From the IMG/VR virus record IMGVR_UViG_3300030061_003198: a stretch of DNA of 64,000 nt; one strand, 5' to 3'. This document shows, piece after piece, positions 9,870 to 19,446 of the stretch (position 1 is the first letter of the stretch; each line of letters begins with the position of its first letter). A program made the position numbers and the translations under genes. The notes under the pieces were generated by a model, which saw only the letters and a program-made list of their open reading frames with translations, was not told where the DNA came from and did not search any database. Source of the stretch: a virus.

Positions 9870-10298
9870 TTATTGTTTTCCTGTTGAACCAAAGCCTCCA
9901 GAACCTCTTGTAGTGTCAGCTAATGCTAATACAGGATTCCATTCTATTTGTTCAACTTTATTTAATACTAATTGTCCTATTCGTTCGCCTTTTTCTAAAG
10001 TAACCGTTGATAATCCATGATTAATTAAAATTACTCCAATTTCTCCTCTATAATCTGCGTCTATAGTGCCAGGAGAATTCAAAACTGTTATTTGTTTTTT
10101 ATATGCTAATCCACTTCTAGGTCTTACTTGTATTTCATACCCTACTGGAATTTCAACATATAATCCGGTTTTAATTAATGTACTCAAACCTTGACCTATT
10201 GTTGCTGAATGAGTTGATCTAACATCGCACCCCGCACTTCCTAATGTTTCATAGCTAGGAAGATCATTATCTGATTTATTTATTACTCGCACTTCCAT
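9870..10298 (-). CDS. dut: Trimeric dUTPase
   Basis: SAGCD, RSGLA, GTIDADYRGE and RGSGGFGSTG; start moved to MEVRVINK. Confidence 0.97.
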   Translation of the reverse strand: MEVRVINKSDNDLPSYETLGSAGCDVRSTHSATIGQGLSTLIKTGLYVEIPVGYEIQVRPRSGLAYKKQITVLNSPGTIDADYRGEIGVILINHGLSTVTLEKGERIGQLVLNKVEQIEWNPVLALADTTRGSGGFGSTGKQ

Positions 10299-10300
10299 AA

Positions 10301-11008
10301 TTAATTTTGTAATTGAACTAACCAATAATTTGAATCAAAGTCAGTACCAGTAAAATCTATTCTTGCTAATCCATTTGATGATATATGCATTATACCTTTA
10401 TCGCCTTTGTTTGCAGTTAATACTTCCTTTAGCTTATCAGCTGAAAAACAAATTGGATCTAAATCATTCGCTGTACCGCCTATTTCAAAGGTAACATTGT
10501 CTGAATTAATAGTTGTATAATTAATAATAAATTTAATTTTACCATTTTGAACTTGTACTGCAAAATTCTTTGCGTCTGGTAATGCATTTTTAGCTTTAAT
10601 AAATTTATTAACAAATAGTTCGTCAATATCAATTGTAACCTCATATTCAGGTTCTGCATTAATTGATGGGACTGCAGGTATAACAGAAGTATCAGCTAAC
10701 ATAAAAGTCATTGTTGTGCTTCCTTCTTTTATCTTCATTGCATAATTCTTGCCTTGTGCATCATTAACTTCAATGTCAATTTTCTCGCCTACTGCAGATA
10801 ACATTTTAGTTAACGCACCAGTATGATTAATACCTAATTCTCCTGACATAAATGGATCTGTTTTCCATTTAACTTTACCTACTACGGTTTGATCTACATC
10901 TATTAATTCACAATTAACAGATTCGCCATTTGCTTTAACAGTTACAGCTTCACAGTTGCCTGCTAAGTAATATCTGTTTATAAATGATTGTAATTTACTT
11001 TTTTCCAT
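10301..11008 (-). CDS. Sliding clamp (T4 gp45 / PCNA-like)
   Basis: 235 aa two-domain beta-rich pattern, AD...IP linker; next to the clamp loader. Confidence 0.7.
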   Translation of the reverse strand: MEKSKLQSFINRYYLAGNCEAVTVKANGESVNCELIDVDQTVVGKVKWKTDPFMSGELGINHTGALTKMLSAVGEKIDIEVNDAQGKNYAMKIKEGSTTMTFMLADTSVIPAVPSINAEPEYEVTIDIDELFVNKFIKAKNALPDAKNFAVQVQNGKIKFIINYTTINSDNVTFEIGGTANDLDPICFSADKLKEVLTANKGDKGIMHISSNGLARIDFTGTDFDSNYWLVQLQN

Positions 11009-11020
11009 TTTTCTACCTTT

Positions 11021-12271
11021 TTATATTTTAAAAAACTTATTAAATTGATTTGCATCAGTAGTTGATATACTATCACCACCAAATTTCTTATATGTTTTCT
11101 TGTATGTTGCATAAACATTCATTGCATTATCAGGATCTTCAAACATTGCATGCAATGATAATATAACATCATATAAGTCCTTTGGAATTGCTGTTTCTAA
11201 CAATTCAACATGATTATTTACTAGTTTGCTAACATCTTTAGCAATATTTACATATAAATGAGTATTATGTATAACCATTCTTGGCATTCCTTCTTGACTA
11301 TATCTATCTAATCCGGCTGCTGTTTGTCCACCTAAGTAATCATATGTAAAGTCTTTACAAGCTGGACAATCTATACTACATGGTACATGTCTCGATGTAT
11401 CAATATTAACTACAGGGTTTGCCATATTTGCATGTTTTTTTCTTCTATACTCATTATTCTTCGGAAAATATAACTCAGTAAATGTTTGAGTTTTATAATT
11501 ACCAGAATGAAGATATGTTCCAAATACAGGATATTGTCCTGGAGAGCTAGAATCTGTTGAAAACAATACTCTATCATCAGTTAACTTATTAACTAGCTTT
11601 TGTAATGTTGCTAATATAAAGAAGTCTGATATTTTTGATATACCTAATAAGTGTATATACTTTATATGTTTCTTTTCAAATTCTCTCTCTTTAAGCATTA
11701 ATGCTATAACATACATAAAGTCTACTAATTTCTTAGGGCCTCCAATACACCATCCATTAAATGCAAAATCTTTAAATTTATGATACCATTGTGCATATTC
11801 TTCATGATATGTACCTTGAATAACATTTAAGAAGTCTGTTTTACCTGTTTGTTTAGATTCAAAATATTTAAAGTTATCAAAACTTATATCCATTGATTCT
11901 GCGAATCGGTTTTCGTATTTTGCTCTAGGTGGAATATCTAAATTTGCTGCTACGTCTGAGTTATGTTCTAACCATTCAAATATACGCTCACGAATTGTAC
12001 TATCCCATTTTAAAGCTCCAGTTGCTATTTGGAATCCTCCTGAATCTCCAAATACTAATACCTCGTCATCTAACCCCATCTGATCCCGAAAGTCCATTTT
12101 TTTGAAATGGTGTCCTGCGGTGATTAAGAAATATGGATGTCTCCATTCTTCTGGATACTCTTTTGAAAAGAATCTAGTTGTAGTTCCATCTTCAAATTTT
12201 GTATTTTTCTTGAATGCAGATACCATACTCCCAGCCGATAATGACGGATAATATATAAAATTCTTATCCAT
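11021..12271 (-). CDS. dpdA: TGT-family base-exchange enzyme, probable DNA 7-deazaguanine transglycosylase (DpdA-like)
   Basis: DSGGFQ, LDIPP, VIQG, HLLG, TDSSS and the Zn site CSIDCPAC..HN; folE2/queD/queE in the same genome region; start moved to MDKNFIYY (TAATG overlap). Confidence 0.8.
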   Translation of the reverse strand: MDKNFIYYPSLSAGSMVSAFKKNTKFEDGTTTRFFSKEYPEEWRHPYFLITAGHHFKKMDFRDQMGLDDEVLVFGDSGGFQIATGALKWDSTIRERIFEWLEHNSDVAANLDIPPRAKYENRFAESMDISFDNFKYFESKQTGKTDFLNVIQGTYHEEYAQWYHKFKDFAFNGWCIGGPKKLVDFMYVIALMLKEREFEKKHIKYIHLLGISKISDFFILATLQKLVNKLTDDRVLFSTDSSSPGQYPVFGTYLHSGNYKTQTFTELYFPKNNEYRRKKHANMANPVVNIDTSRHVPCSIDCPACKDFTYDYLGGQTAAGLDRYSQEGMPRMVIHNTHLYVNIAKDVSKLVNNHVELLETAIPKDLYDVILSLHAMFEDPDNAMNVYATYKKTYKKFGGDSISTTDANQFNKFFKI

Positions 12272-12450
12272 TAATCTACTATCTCCCATGGCTTTTCGCC
12301 TAATTTTGAAAATTGTTCAAATATAAACGTTACTATTTCAGTAGTTTGTTTATCTAAACATCCTTTTTTATCTAGTTGCTCTGCTAGAGCTTGAAATGGA
12401 GTCTCTATAGTCGACTTTATTTCTTGTATTCCTTGTACATCAATTTTCAT
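12271..12450 (-). CDS. 59-aa hypothetical protein
   Basis: Not in the ORF track: MKIDVQGIQEIKSTIETPFQALAEQLDKKGCLDKQTTEIVTFIFEQFSKLGEKPWEIVD; its stop overlaps the dpdA start. Confidence 0.65.
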   Translation of the reverse strand: MKIDVQGIQEIKSTIETPFQALAEQLDKKGCLDKQTTEIVTFIFEQFSKLGEKPWEIVD

Positions 12451-12452
12451 GT

Positions 12453-13619
12453 TTATTCCTCGTTTTTATTTAATAAATGTTTACAATATTCAGCTTCATG
12501 CCAAATATTAATTTCTTGGTCTATTCCATTTGATACAATATATCCTTCCATCTGCCTACCTAAATCTGCTAGATATGCTATATTGTAATTTGGTTGTTTT
12601 ATTTGCATTACTTCATGCAATCTAATAACTGCAGATCCTACGTTAAATGGTGTATATAATTTATCTGCTGGTATAAATTCTGGAAATGATCTAAAATTTG
12701 GAAATACCATATCACAACCAAATGCAGTCGACTCTAATACAGTCCATGATACATAATCTTGTAATGATGAATTAAATTGTATTTTTGCTTCTGCTAATTC
12801 TTTATAATATTCTTGTTTAGTCAAATTCTTTAATAATTTAAAATTAGGCATCTCATCTGCTAATTTATACAATGCATCTATTACTCCAGGTAACATTGAC
12901 TTGAACTCTTTACCAGATGTTGTTACGTGCCATTCTGCACCAGGAAACTCTGTTAAATATTGTTTAGCAACAGCCATCATGAAAAACGGATTTTTTTCTT
13001 TATCTAATCTACTAGAATATACAACTATTGATTTCTTTTTTGCTTCTTTATCATATTCTGGATATTTATCAAGAGTCATTTCTAAATGCAATGGCAATGA
13101 CACAACATGTATAGGAGATTCAAATCCTGCTTCACGCAATTGATCTTTATGAATTGTCGAACCTACAAAGATACCGGTCATTCTTTTATCTAATCCTAAT
13201 TCAAAGCCTCGCATCCAACTTCTCATTGGATATGTAAAATCATATTCATCTACACTTTGAGCATGTAGCATTGCATATATATCTACCTTTATTCCATATA
13301 AATCTAATGCATATAATATTGATTCAATACCCGGATGCCAATAATCTTGTAAAAATATTACATCGCCATTATTAACTTCGTCTTTATTTAACATATCAAG
13401 AAAATTGCTACATTGACTCATAGCAAACTTACCTCTACCGACTGCATCTAATACAGCTCCTACCTTTATTTGCTGATCAGGATCAAATTCTCCTTCAACA
13501 TCAATAAATTCTACTTTATCTGAATATGGCTCGAACGTTGCCGGCATCCATTCTTTTGATAACTGATATGTATATCTTGCCTTTAAAGGCTCTAGTCCAA
13601 AATAAAATACTTTTTTCAT
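12453..13619 (-). CDS. GT-B glycosyltransferase in the DNA-modification cassette
   Basis: SSRLDKEKNP and QDYVSWTVLE (GT4-like C-terminal motif); start moved to MKKVFYF (ATGA overlap). Confidence 0.8.
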   Translation of the reverse strand: MKKVFYFGLEPLKARYTYQLSKEWMPATFEPYSDKVEFIDVEGEFDPDQQIKVGAVLDAVGRGKFAMSQCSNFLDMLNKDEVNNGDVIFLQDYWHPGIESILYALDLYGIKVDIYAMLHAQSVDEYDFTYPMRSWMRGFELGLDKRMTGIFVGSTIHKDQLREAGFESPIHVVSLPLHLEMTLDKYPEYDKEAKKKSIVVYSSRLDKEKNPFFMMAVAKQYLTEFPGAEWHVTTSGKEFKSMLPGVIDALYKLADEMPNFKLLKNLTKQEYYKELAEAKIQFNSSLQDYVSWTVLESTAFGCDMVFPNFRSFPEFIPADKLYTPFNVGSAVIRLHEVMQIKQPNYNIAYLADLGRQMEGYIVSNGIDQEINIWHEAEYCKHLLNKNEE

Positions 13620-13957
13620 CTTTCTATTATTGCTCCATTTTCCCAATCTTCCCAAACCTCTACTTTATATAGATTATCATTTTGTTCTAATAACCATTCG
13701 CCTATATCTTCACAACTCATTCTACCAAATTGTAATATATTTCCATCAAAGTTAGTTCTCAATTGTTTTTTTAATTTTCTTTGCATTAAGATAAATTCTT
13801 CATCTCTATCTGTATGTGTTACTTTTGCATAACAACGAAATCCGAACATATGCCTATGACTATCGGATAAAAATCCTACTTCTGGAAATATTTCTTTAGC
13901 TTCTGGCCAACAATGGAACCCTTCTAAGCTAAATGATACTACTACTGAATATTTCAT
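13616..13957 (-). CDS. T-fold QueD paralogue (DpdL-like, putative CDG decarboxylase)
   Basis: EGFH.W, LSDSHRHMF (LxxxHRHxF), SCE and VWED.EN motifs. Confidence 0.65.
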   Translation of the reverse strand: MKYSVVVSFSLEGFHCWPEAKEIFPEVGFLSDSHRHMFGFRCYAKVTHTDRDEEFILMQRKLKKQLRTNFDGNILQFGRMSCEDIGEWLLEQNDNLYKVEVWEDWENGAIIER

Positions 13958-14472
13958 ATTTTTTCTTTATTAACATGTAAATATTTTAAATATTTTTCAT
14001 TCATATTATTATAATAACTTGTTTTCATTAAATTATCATGTGCTTCATTTAAAACAGATGCTTTAGCTATATTAATTAAAAAATATGGTGCTAAACTTCT
14101 TGCATTAAATCCATTTATATTTAATTTATCATTTGGATTGAAACAAATACACTTTAAATGTTTATATCCATTTTCACGCAAAGTTTTATTAATAAAATCT
14201 TGATAACCAGCTGTATCTTTTTGTTTTAACTCAATATCAGAAACTTGTACAAATAATGCACTATCGTAATCTGTATTTTCGAAGCTTTCTACCATTTCTA
14301 TTAATGTATTTTGAATTGGATCAAATTTTTCTATTAATAATTTATTTTTATCTAGTTCTCCTCCAACAAATGGACAAGGAGGCATATTACCATATTCTTC
14401 CCTAGGAGTTCTTAGTATATTAATATAATCTAACACCCGAGTTTTAAAGTTTGTATATGGGCATTTACTCAT
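13954..14472 (-). CDS. Hypothetical protein with PCPF motif (DUF1415-like)
   Basis: MPPCPF, FNP and APYFLINI patterns resemble DUF1415. Confidence 0.45.
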   Translation of the reverse strand: MSKCPYTNFKTRVLDYINILRTPREEYGNMPPCPFVGGELDKNKLLIEKFDPIQNTLIEMVESFENTDYDSALFVQVSDIELKQKDTAGYQDFINKTLRENGYKHLKCICFNPNDKLNINGFNARSLAPYFLINIAKASVLNEAHDNLMKTSYYNNMNEKYLKYLHVNKEKI

Positions 14473-14924
14473 TAAATTTCTTCGTCAAATTTATAGTTAT
14501 CTGGACTTATTTCCATCATATTGCATTTAGTTACTTGATGAACTCTATACCAGCCTGCGTCAATTGATAATGTGTCAGTGTCTTTAAGCATTTCTAAATA
14601 AGGATCACTGATTCTATAAATAATATGACATCTATTAAATAGATCCGGCTTAATTGTATCTAATGTGTCTTTAGTAGCTTCTATAGTAACAGCACTTTTA
14701 GATTCATTTAAAATACCTCTAATTGTTTCTAGATATTTTTCGTCCTTCATAGACTTTTTCATAAATTCAATTGTAAAATAATAATGAGGATATGATATTA
14801 TAGATTTTACTTCTAAACCATAAGTGCTTCGCATATTATGATTTAAATCTCTTACGAAGAAAGTCATAAGATCTGAATATCGACCTTCTACTTCTCTCCC
14901 TTTCCATTGATGTTTACCGTACAT
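14472..14924 (-). CDS. Hypothetical protein (G.EVEG motif), first gene of the modification cassette
   Basis: ORF with its own upstream promoter, coupled to the next gene by a TAATG overlap. Confidence 0.6.
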   Translation of the reverse strand: MYGKHQWKGREVEGRYSDLMTFFVRDLNHNMRSTYGLEVKSIISYPHYYFTIEFMKKSMKDEKYLETIRGILNESKSAVTIEATKDTLDTIKPDLFNRCHIIYRISDPYLEMLKDTDTLSIDAGWYRVHQVTKCNMMEISPDNYKFDEEI

Positions 14925-14935
14925 ATTTTTTCTAT

Positions 14936-14964
14936 ATTATAATTAATTTTATTGAATTATCCAA
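14936..14964 (-). promoter_or_regulatory. Early/middle promoter TTGGAT-N17-TATAAT
   Basis: The -35 box is formed by the last codons of polB (TTT GGA TAA). Confidence 0.65.
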
Positions 14965-17476
14965 ATGAAAAGAATTTATTCATATTATTATTTTCAGGAA
15001 GTTTATCCCAATTCATAGATGCATAAAAATCATCTAATTTGCCACGAATCTCTCTATCAAATATCTTATTCCTATCAATATATTTTTCTACAAATTCTGT
15101 TAATTCTCTTGGATCATCATAACCACGAAGGGCAATAGAATCAAACCCCATAGCGTTTGTTTTAAGATATGCCCATTTAATTTTATCTCCATTCTGAATT
15201 TCAGGAATTACTTTACTTCTTCTATTAATACCTAAATGTTTTAACATATCATTGTAATTAATTGCAGATTTAACATGAATCGGAGTTCCAGACAGATATC
15301 CAGATAATGGCTTTCTACCTTTTGTATACTTTGTGACATTTTTAACACCTGTATTCTTCATAACATCTAATATTGGAGAATCTTGTATTTTGTCTTTAAA
15401 ATCCATTATTAAATTAGTTGTGTCATTTTTTGACTTTTCTTTGAGTACATACCATAATGTTTCTTTCATTATAGTTTTAAACTCTGTAGGGAAAGATGAT
15501 CTTACTACGTCTAGACCTTTAATATCCATTTTATCTGTGGGTTTTCCTTCTTTAAAGATTACCCATTGAGCATATCTCTTTTTTGCTATCCATAGACCAG
15601 ATTTAGCAACATATTCTTGTTTAATTTGCCATCGATGATCAAATGTATTATGAAAGTGAACTGCATATTGATCATACATTTTGTTAACATGAGCTTGTAT
15701 CTCAGACGCAATGTCATTTGTTTTTTCAATCATAAACTTTTCATCTGATTCATCAAATCCGGGATATCTTTTTTCTATAAGAGGTAAACTAGATACAAAT
15801 GTTGAATCTGTATCCGTATAAAATGAAAATTCGGCTTTGTTGCCATTAGCGTTAATAAAATAATCTTTGCCAACTTCCTTTTCATAATATTTATTAATAA
15901 CTTTTGCTGAAAATTTAATAACACTTTGGCCAGTTGCTGTAATAGCTCCTGCATTGTCTAAGTCATGAAATCTAAATGTCTTTAATCCTAATACTCCATA
16001 AAATGAATTTAACAATACTTTTTGTGTTAATTGCATTGCATCATAAAATTTATACTTATCACTACCAACTTCATGATTATCTCGCTCATTCTTAAATTTA
16101 ACACGTTCGTCAAACCATTTCTCTAATATCTTTGGTAAGAATCCTTTACTTCTTGTATCATATACTACTCCGTTACTTGCAACAGTAAATTTATTATCAA
16201 TTAACCATTGTTTAATATCTGGTATAGTTTGGCCATTACATTGTACACTAACAGCTTCTTTACTTAATAATGATTCTTGTTTCCAATTTGGAATAACGCC
16301 TATTTTTGTTTCTGGAGATATATTAAGACTCATAATAATTGAAGGATACAGAGAAGTTAAATCTAAATCATATATCCATTTATATAATCCTGGAATTGGA
16401 GGCATAACATATGCGCCTGCTAATTTATTCTGCTCTTCGTCTTCAACAAATCTAAATTGTTTATTTGGAGCTACCAGCCCGTTTCTTTTTAAATCTACAA
16501 TAGCGGCGCCGTCTAGATATTTAGATGCATAATAAACGTCTTCATATGGAACATGGCCTTTGTGACATATTGTTCTTGCTAAGTTAATTAATTGTAATTT
16601 TTCATCTAACTCATATACAAGATCAACATCCGTCATATTATATTCTATAAACTTGTTAATATCTGAAACAAATAAATCGTCTAAGTCGCCATCATATTCA
16701 ATTTTACCTTTGCCTAATTCTGTTTTACCTACAGTGTCTAATCTATAATTAGGAAGTTCTGAATATGTAAAGTTCTTATATAATTTAATATAATCTAAAC
16801 TCGATACGCCAAATATTTTATATTTTTCGCGATGCTTATTCCATTCTACAATCCCAGCTGGTGATAATTTATTTGCAGACTTAGGACCTAACACTTTTTT
16901 AATCCTATTAATAAGATAAGGAATATCATATCCATCAGTATTCCAACCAGTTATAACAGTAGGTTGTATTTCTGAAAAATAGTTAATAAATTTAATTAAT
17001 AAGTTAGCTTCATTGTCAAATACCTCAACAGTATAGTTATCACCATATATAATATCATCAGATAATCTATTTTCTTTGTCTAATACTAATACTCTTCTAT
17101 CTTTACCAACTTTGTCATAATATGCTATCGATGTTATTTCGGTTCTAACATCTTGCGGAGTAGAATAACCATCTGCGTCTTTTGCTGTTTCAATATCAAA
17201 GAAGAAATCAGCATGGCCAGTCGAGACTAAATCAGATTCATAATATAAGTCTATTAATGTTCTAACCTCTTCATTTAAGTCAGATTCATATGCATCTGAA
17301 TTATCTCTATGATTACCTGGAGTCTTTGCTAACTTAGTTCCATTTAATGATATATATTCTCCACTCGGATCTGGAATATACCCATATGGCTTAAACTTAA
17401 AAGTTTTATGACCTAATTCGTCATCCCATACGTGCATTGTGCTTGTTTTTTTATGATATGCTATATTCTGATACAT
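14957..17476 (-). CDS. Family B DNA polymerase (T4 gp43-like)
   Basis: Exo motifs DIET and GWN..YD; polymerase motifs DLTSLYPSII, KVLLNSFYG and YTDTDS. Confidence 0.97.
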   Translation of the reverse strand: MYQNIAYHKKTSTMHVWDDELGHKTFKFKPYGYIPDPSGEYISLNGTKLAKTPGNHRDNSDAYESDLNEEVRTLIDLYYESDLVSTGHADFFFDIETAKDADGYSTPQDVRTEITSIAYYDKVGKDRRVLVLDKENRLSDDIIYGDNYTVEVFDNEANLLIKFINYFSEIQPTVITGWNTDGYDIPYLINRIKKVLGPKSANKLSPAGIVEWNKHREKYKIFGVSSLDYIKLYKNFTYSELPNYRLDTVGKTELGKGKIEYDGDLDDLFVSDINKFIEYNMTDVDLVYELDEKLQLINLARTICHKGHVPYEDVYYASKYLDGAAIVDLKRNGLVAPNKQFRFVEDEEQNKLAGAYVMPPIPGLYKWIYDLDLTSLYPSIIMSLNISPETKIGVIPNWKQESLLSKEAVSVQCNGQTIPDIKQWLIDNKFTVASNGVVYDTRSKGFLPKILEKWFDERVKFKNERDNHEVGSDKYKFYDAMQLTQKVLLNSFYGVLGLKTFRFHDLDNAGAITATGQSVIKFSAKVINKYYEKEVGKDYFINANGNKAEFSFYTDTDSTFVSSLPLIEKRYPGFDESDEKFMIEKTNDIASEIQAHVNKMYDQYAVHFHNTFDHRWQIKQEYVAKSGLWIAKKRYAQWVIFKEGKPTDKMDIKGLDVVRSSFPTEFKTIMKETLWYVLKEKSKNDTTNLIMDFKDKIQDSPILDVMKNTGVKNVTKYTKGRKPLSGYLSGTPIHVKSAINYNDMLKHLGINRRSKVIPEIQNGDKIKWAYLKTNAMGFDSIALRGYDDPRELTEFVEKYIDRNKIFDREIRGKLDDFYASMNWDKLPENNNMNKFFSFG

Positions 17477-17704
17477 TTATTTCTTTTGCGCTTTTTTTAT
17501 ATTATACATTCCATATACATTAATCGATATAATGACAAAACTTAATACTAAATGACTAAAGTTATCAATAAAGAAATCATATACTATCCATCCAGTATCT
17601 CCTATAATCCAAGCAATCATTGCAATATATGTTAACTGTCGAGCATTACATATGTAACCTAATAGTACTAATGCTGTACTAAACCATCCTAAAAATTCTA
17701 TCAT
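17477..17704 (-). CDS. Small three-helix membrane protein
   Basis: Three hydrophobic segments and a basic tail. Confidence 0.55.
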   Translation of the reverse strand: MIEFLGWFSTALVLLGYICNARQLTYIAMIAWIIGDTGWIVYDFFIDNFSHLVLSFVIISINVYGMYNIKKAQKK

Positions 17705-17706
17705 AT

Positions 17707-18741
17707 TTATATTATAAGTAATTTTTTTTGTTTTTCCAATACCGGTAAAATAGCTAACTCTTTTGCTTTAGCTTCTACAACGATGTCTAGATTTTCAACG
17801 TTATAAGTATTAGGAGTATTCACAATATAATCTGCATGAGCAGGCTCTTTGATCTTGCTAAATATTTTGTATTCTTTTTCAAAGGTCGGCCATAAGTGTA
17901 ATTCTGATAATGGTATATTATTATGATTCAACATTTTTTCTATCAATAACTTTTGCTCTTGTCGTCTAGACTCAGAGTAATGAGTACATTGAGTAACACC
18001 ATGTTTATCCCAGGTAGACTTTGCCATAAAGAATGCTTGACGTTCTGTTAAATCGCCTGTACAGAAGGTATGATGCCAATAGTCAAATGTAATAGGAATA
18101 CCAATTTCTTGGTGTATAAGGTCGTATAGATGCCTTACGCTGTACATAGATGCCTTGTCATCGTTTTCTAAAACTAATCTAGCTTTTAGGGAGTCAGATA
18201 GTCGTTGCCAAGTCTTGATCCACCGCTTAGCAGTAGCTTCACGATCACCATAAGCACCAGCTACATGAATATTGATCTTGTTATGAAACGATGGCTCATA
18301 CCCCATAAGATCAAACATTTCAGAATGTCGTTCTAAGCCAATAATACTTTTTTCTACAACATCTTGTCTAGGGGAACCTAATACATGGAACGGACCAGGA
18401 TGTGTAGTTAATCTATGACCATGTTGCCTAGCAAATTCACCTGCAGCGAATAAGTGCTGAGCAATTTCTTCGTAGTCTGGAAGATCATGTAATTCGTATT
18501 GATCATGCCATGGAAATAATTCAGAGCCTACACGAAATAACGTAATACCATGCTCTTCATTCCATTTGAGATAAGTGAGTAAATCTTTTGCATTGTCTAA
18601 TGCTTTGTCACTAATAAGTTGTAAATTATTAGGATACCAAGAAGCTTTTCTAGCCGTACGGGAAGTAGTAACTCTACCGCCTAATTTCTTGGGTCTATTC
18701 GTTAGTGTTGCGTTAACGCACGCATAGCCATATCTAATCAT
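17707..18741 (-). CDS. uvsE: UV damage endonuclease (UvsE/UVDE)
   Basis: GYAC, FRVGSELFP, HPG, LENDD, FDYWHH, HAD and EAKAKE motifs. Confidence 0.93.
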   Translation of the reverse strand: MIRYGYACVNATLTNRPKKLGGRVTTSRTARKASWYPNNLQLISDKALDNAKDLLTYLKWNEEHGITLFRVGSELFPWHDQYELHDLPDYEEIAQHLFAAGEFARQHGHRLTTHPGPFHVLGSPRQDVVEKSIIGLERHSEMFDLMGYEPSFHNKINIHVAGAYGDREATAKRWIKTWQRLSDSLKARLVLENDDKASMYSVRHLYDLIHQEIGIPITFDYWHHTFCTGDLTERQAFFMAKSTWDKHGVTQCTHYSESRRQEQKLLIEKMLNHNNIPLSELHLWPTFEKEYKIFSKIKEPAHADYIVNTPNTYNVENLDIVVEAKAKELAILPVLEKQKKLLII

Positions 18742-18751
18742 ATTTTATTAT

Positions 18752-18780
18752 ATAATAAGAAATAATTTTAAATTATCCAA
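18752..18780 (-). promoter_or_regulatory. Early/middle promoter TTGGAT-N17-TATTAT
   Basis: Consensus match upstream of uvsE. Confidence 0.6.
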
Positions 18781-18782
18781 GT

Positions 18783-19445
18783 TTATGAGTAAGATTGTAA
18801 TAATCGTAATACTTCATTTAATGCAGAATGTCTATGGTTGTCTTTTAAAGTAACAGCATGAACAAAATTAGATCCTTTAACTTTAGGTACATCATGTATT
18901 GCCGAATCATTACTAAATTTTAAATCAATTTGTTGCGGGTCTCCTGTTAATATCATTGTGGATCCTTTACCTAATCTACCTAATACCATTCCTAACTGTT
19001 GTTTGGTTAAATTTTGAAATTCATCGATGATTACACACGAATTTTCAAAAGTTCTTCCTCTAAAATGAGATAATGATACTAATTCAATATTTTCATCATT
19101 TTCCATTTTTTCTAATATTTGAGGTTTATTATATACCTTTCTCATATTAGACCGAATTGGAACTAACCATGGCTCCATTTTTTCAGTTAATGAGCCTGGT
19201 AAATACCCATTATCTTCATTTGATACAGTTGGTCTGGTAATAATGATTTGATTAACACTCCTTTTGAAAAACATATCCAATGCAACTTGAACTGCTAACA
19301 ATGTTTTGCCACTTCCTGCTTTACCTATAATAAAATTATATGGATGCATTAATATTTCAGCTTTTGCTAATTTTTGTTCTTCCGATAATGAAATTGAAAA
19401 TCTTACATTACCTTTCGGTGGAGTCTTATCTTTGTTATCTGGCAT
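18783..19445 (-). CDS. phoH: PhoH-like ATPase
   Basis: GKAGSGKT, GYLPG, RGRTF, DEFQN and GDPQQID. Confidence 0.93.
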   Translation of the reverse strand: MPDNKDKTPPKGNVRFSISLSEEQKLAKAEILMHPYNFIIGKAGSGKTLLAVQVALDMFFKRSVNQIIITRPTVSNEDNGYLPGSLTEKMEPWLVPIRSNMRKVYNKPQILEKMENDENIELVSLSHFRGRTFENSCVIIDEFQNLTKQQLGMVLGRLGKGSTMILTGDPQQIDLKFSNDSAIHDVPKVKGSNFVHAVTLKDNHRHSALNEVLRLLQSYS

Positions 19446-19446
19446 A

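Noticed and set aside
11021-12271. Canonical tRNA-guanine transglycosylase (tgt)
   Set aside because: Lacks the TP.FMPVGT N-terminus and FDCV.PTR of bacterial Tgt and sits in a DNA replication operon. DpdA is preferred, although tRNA activity is not excluded.
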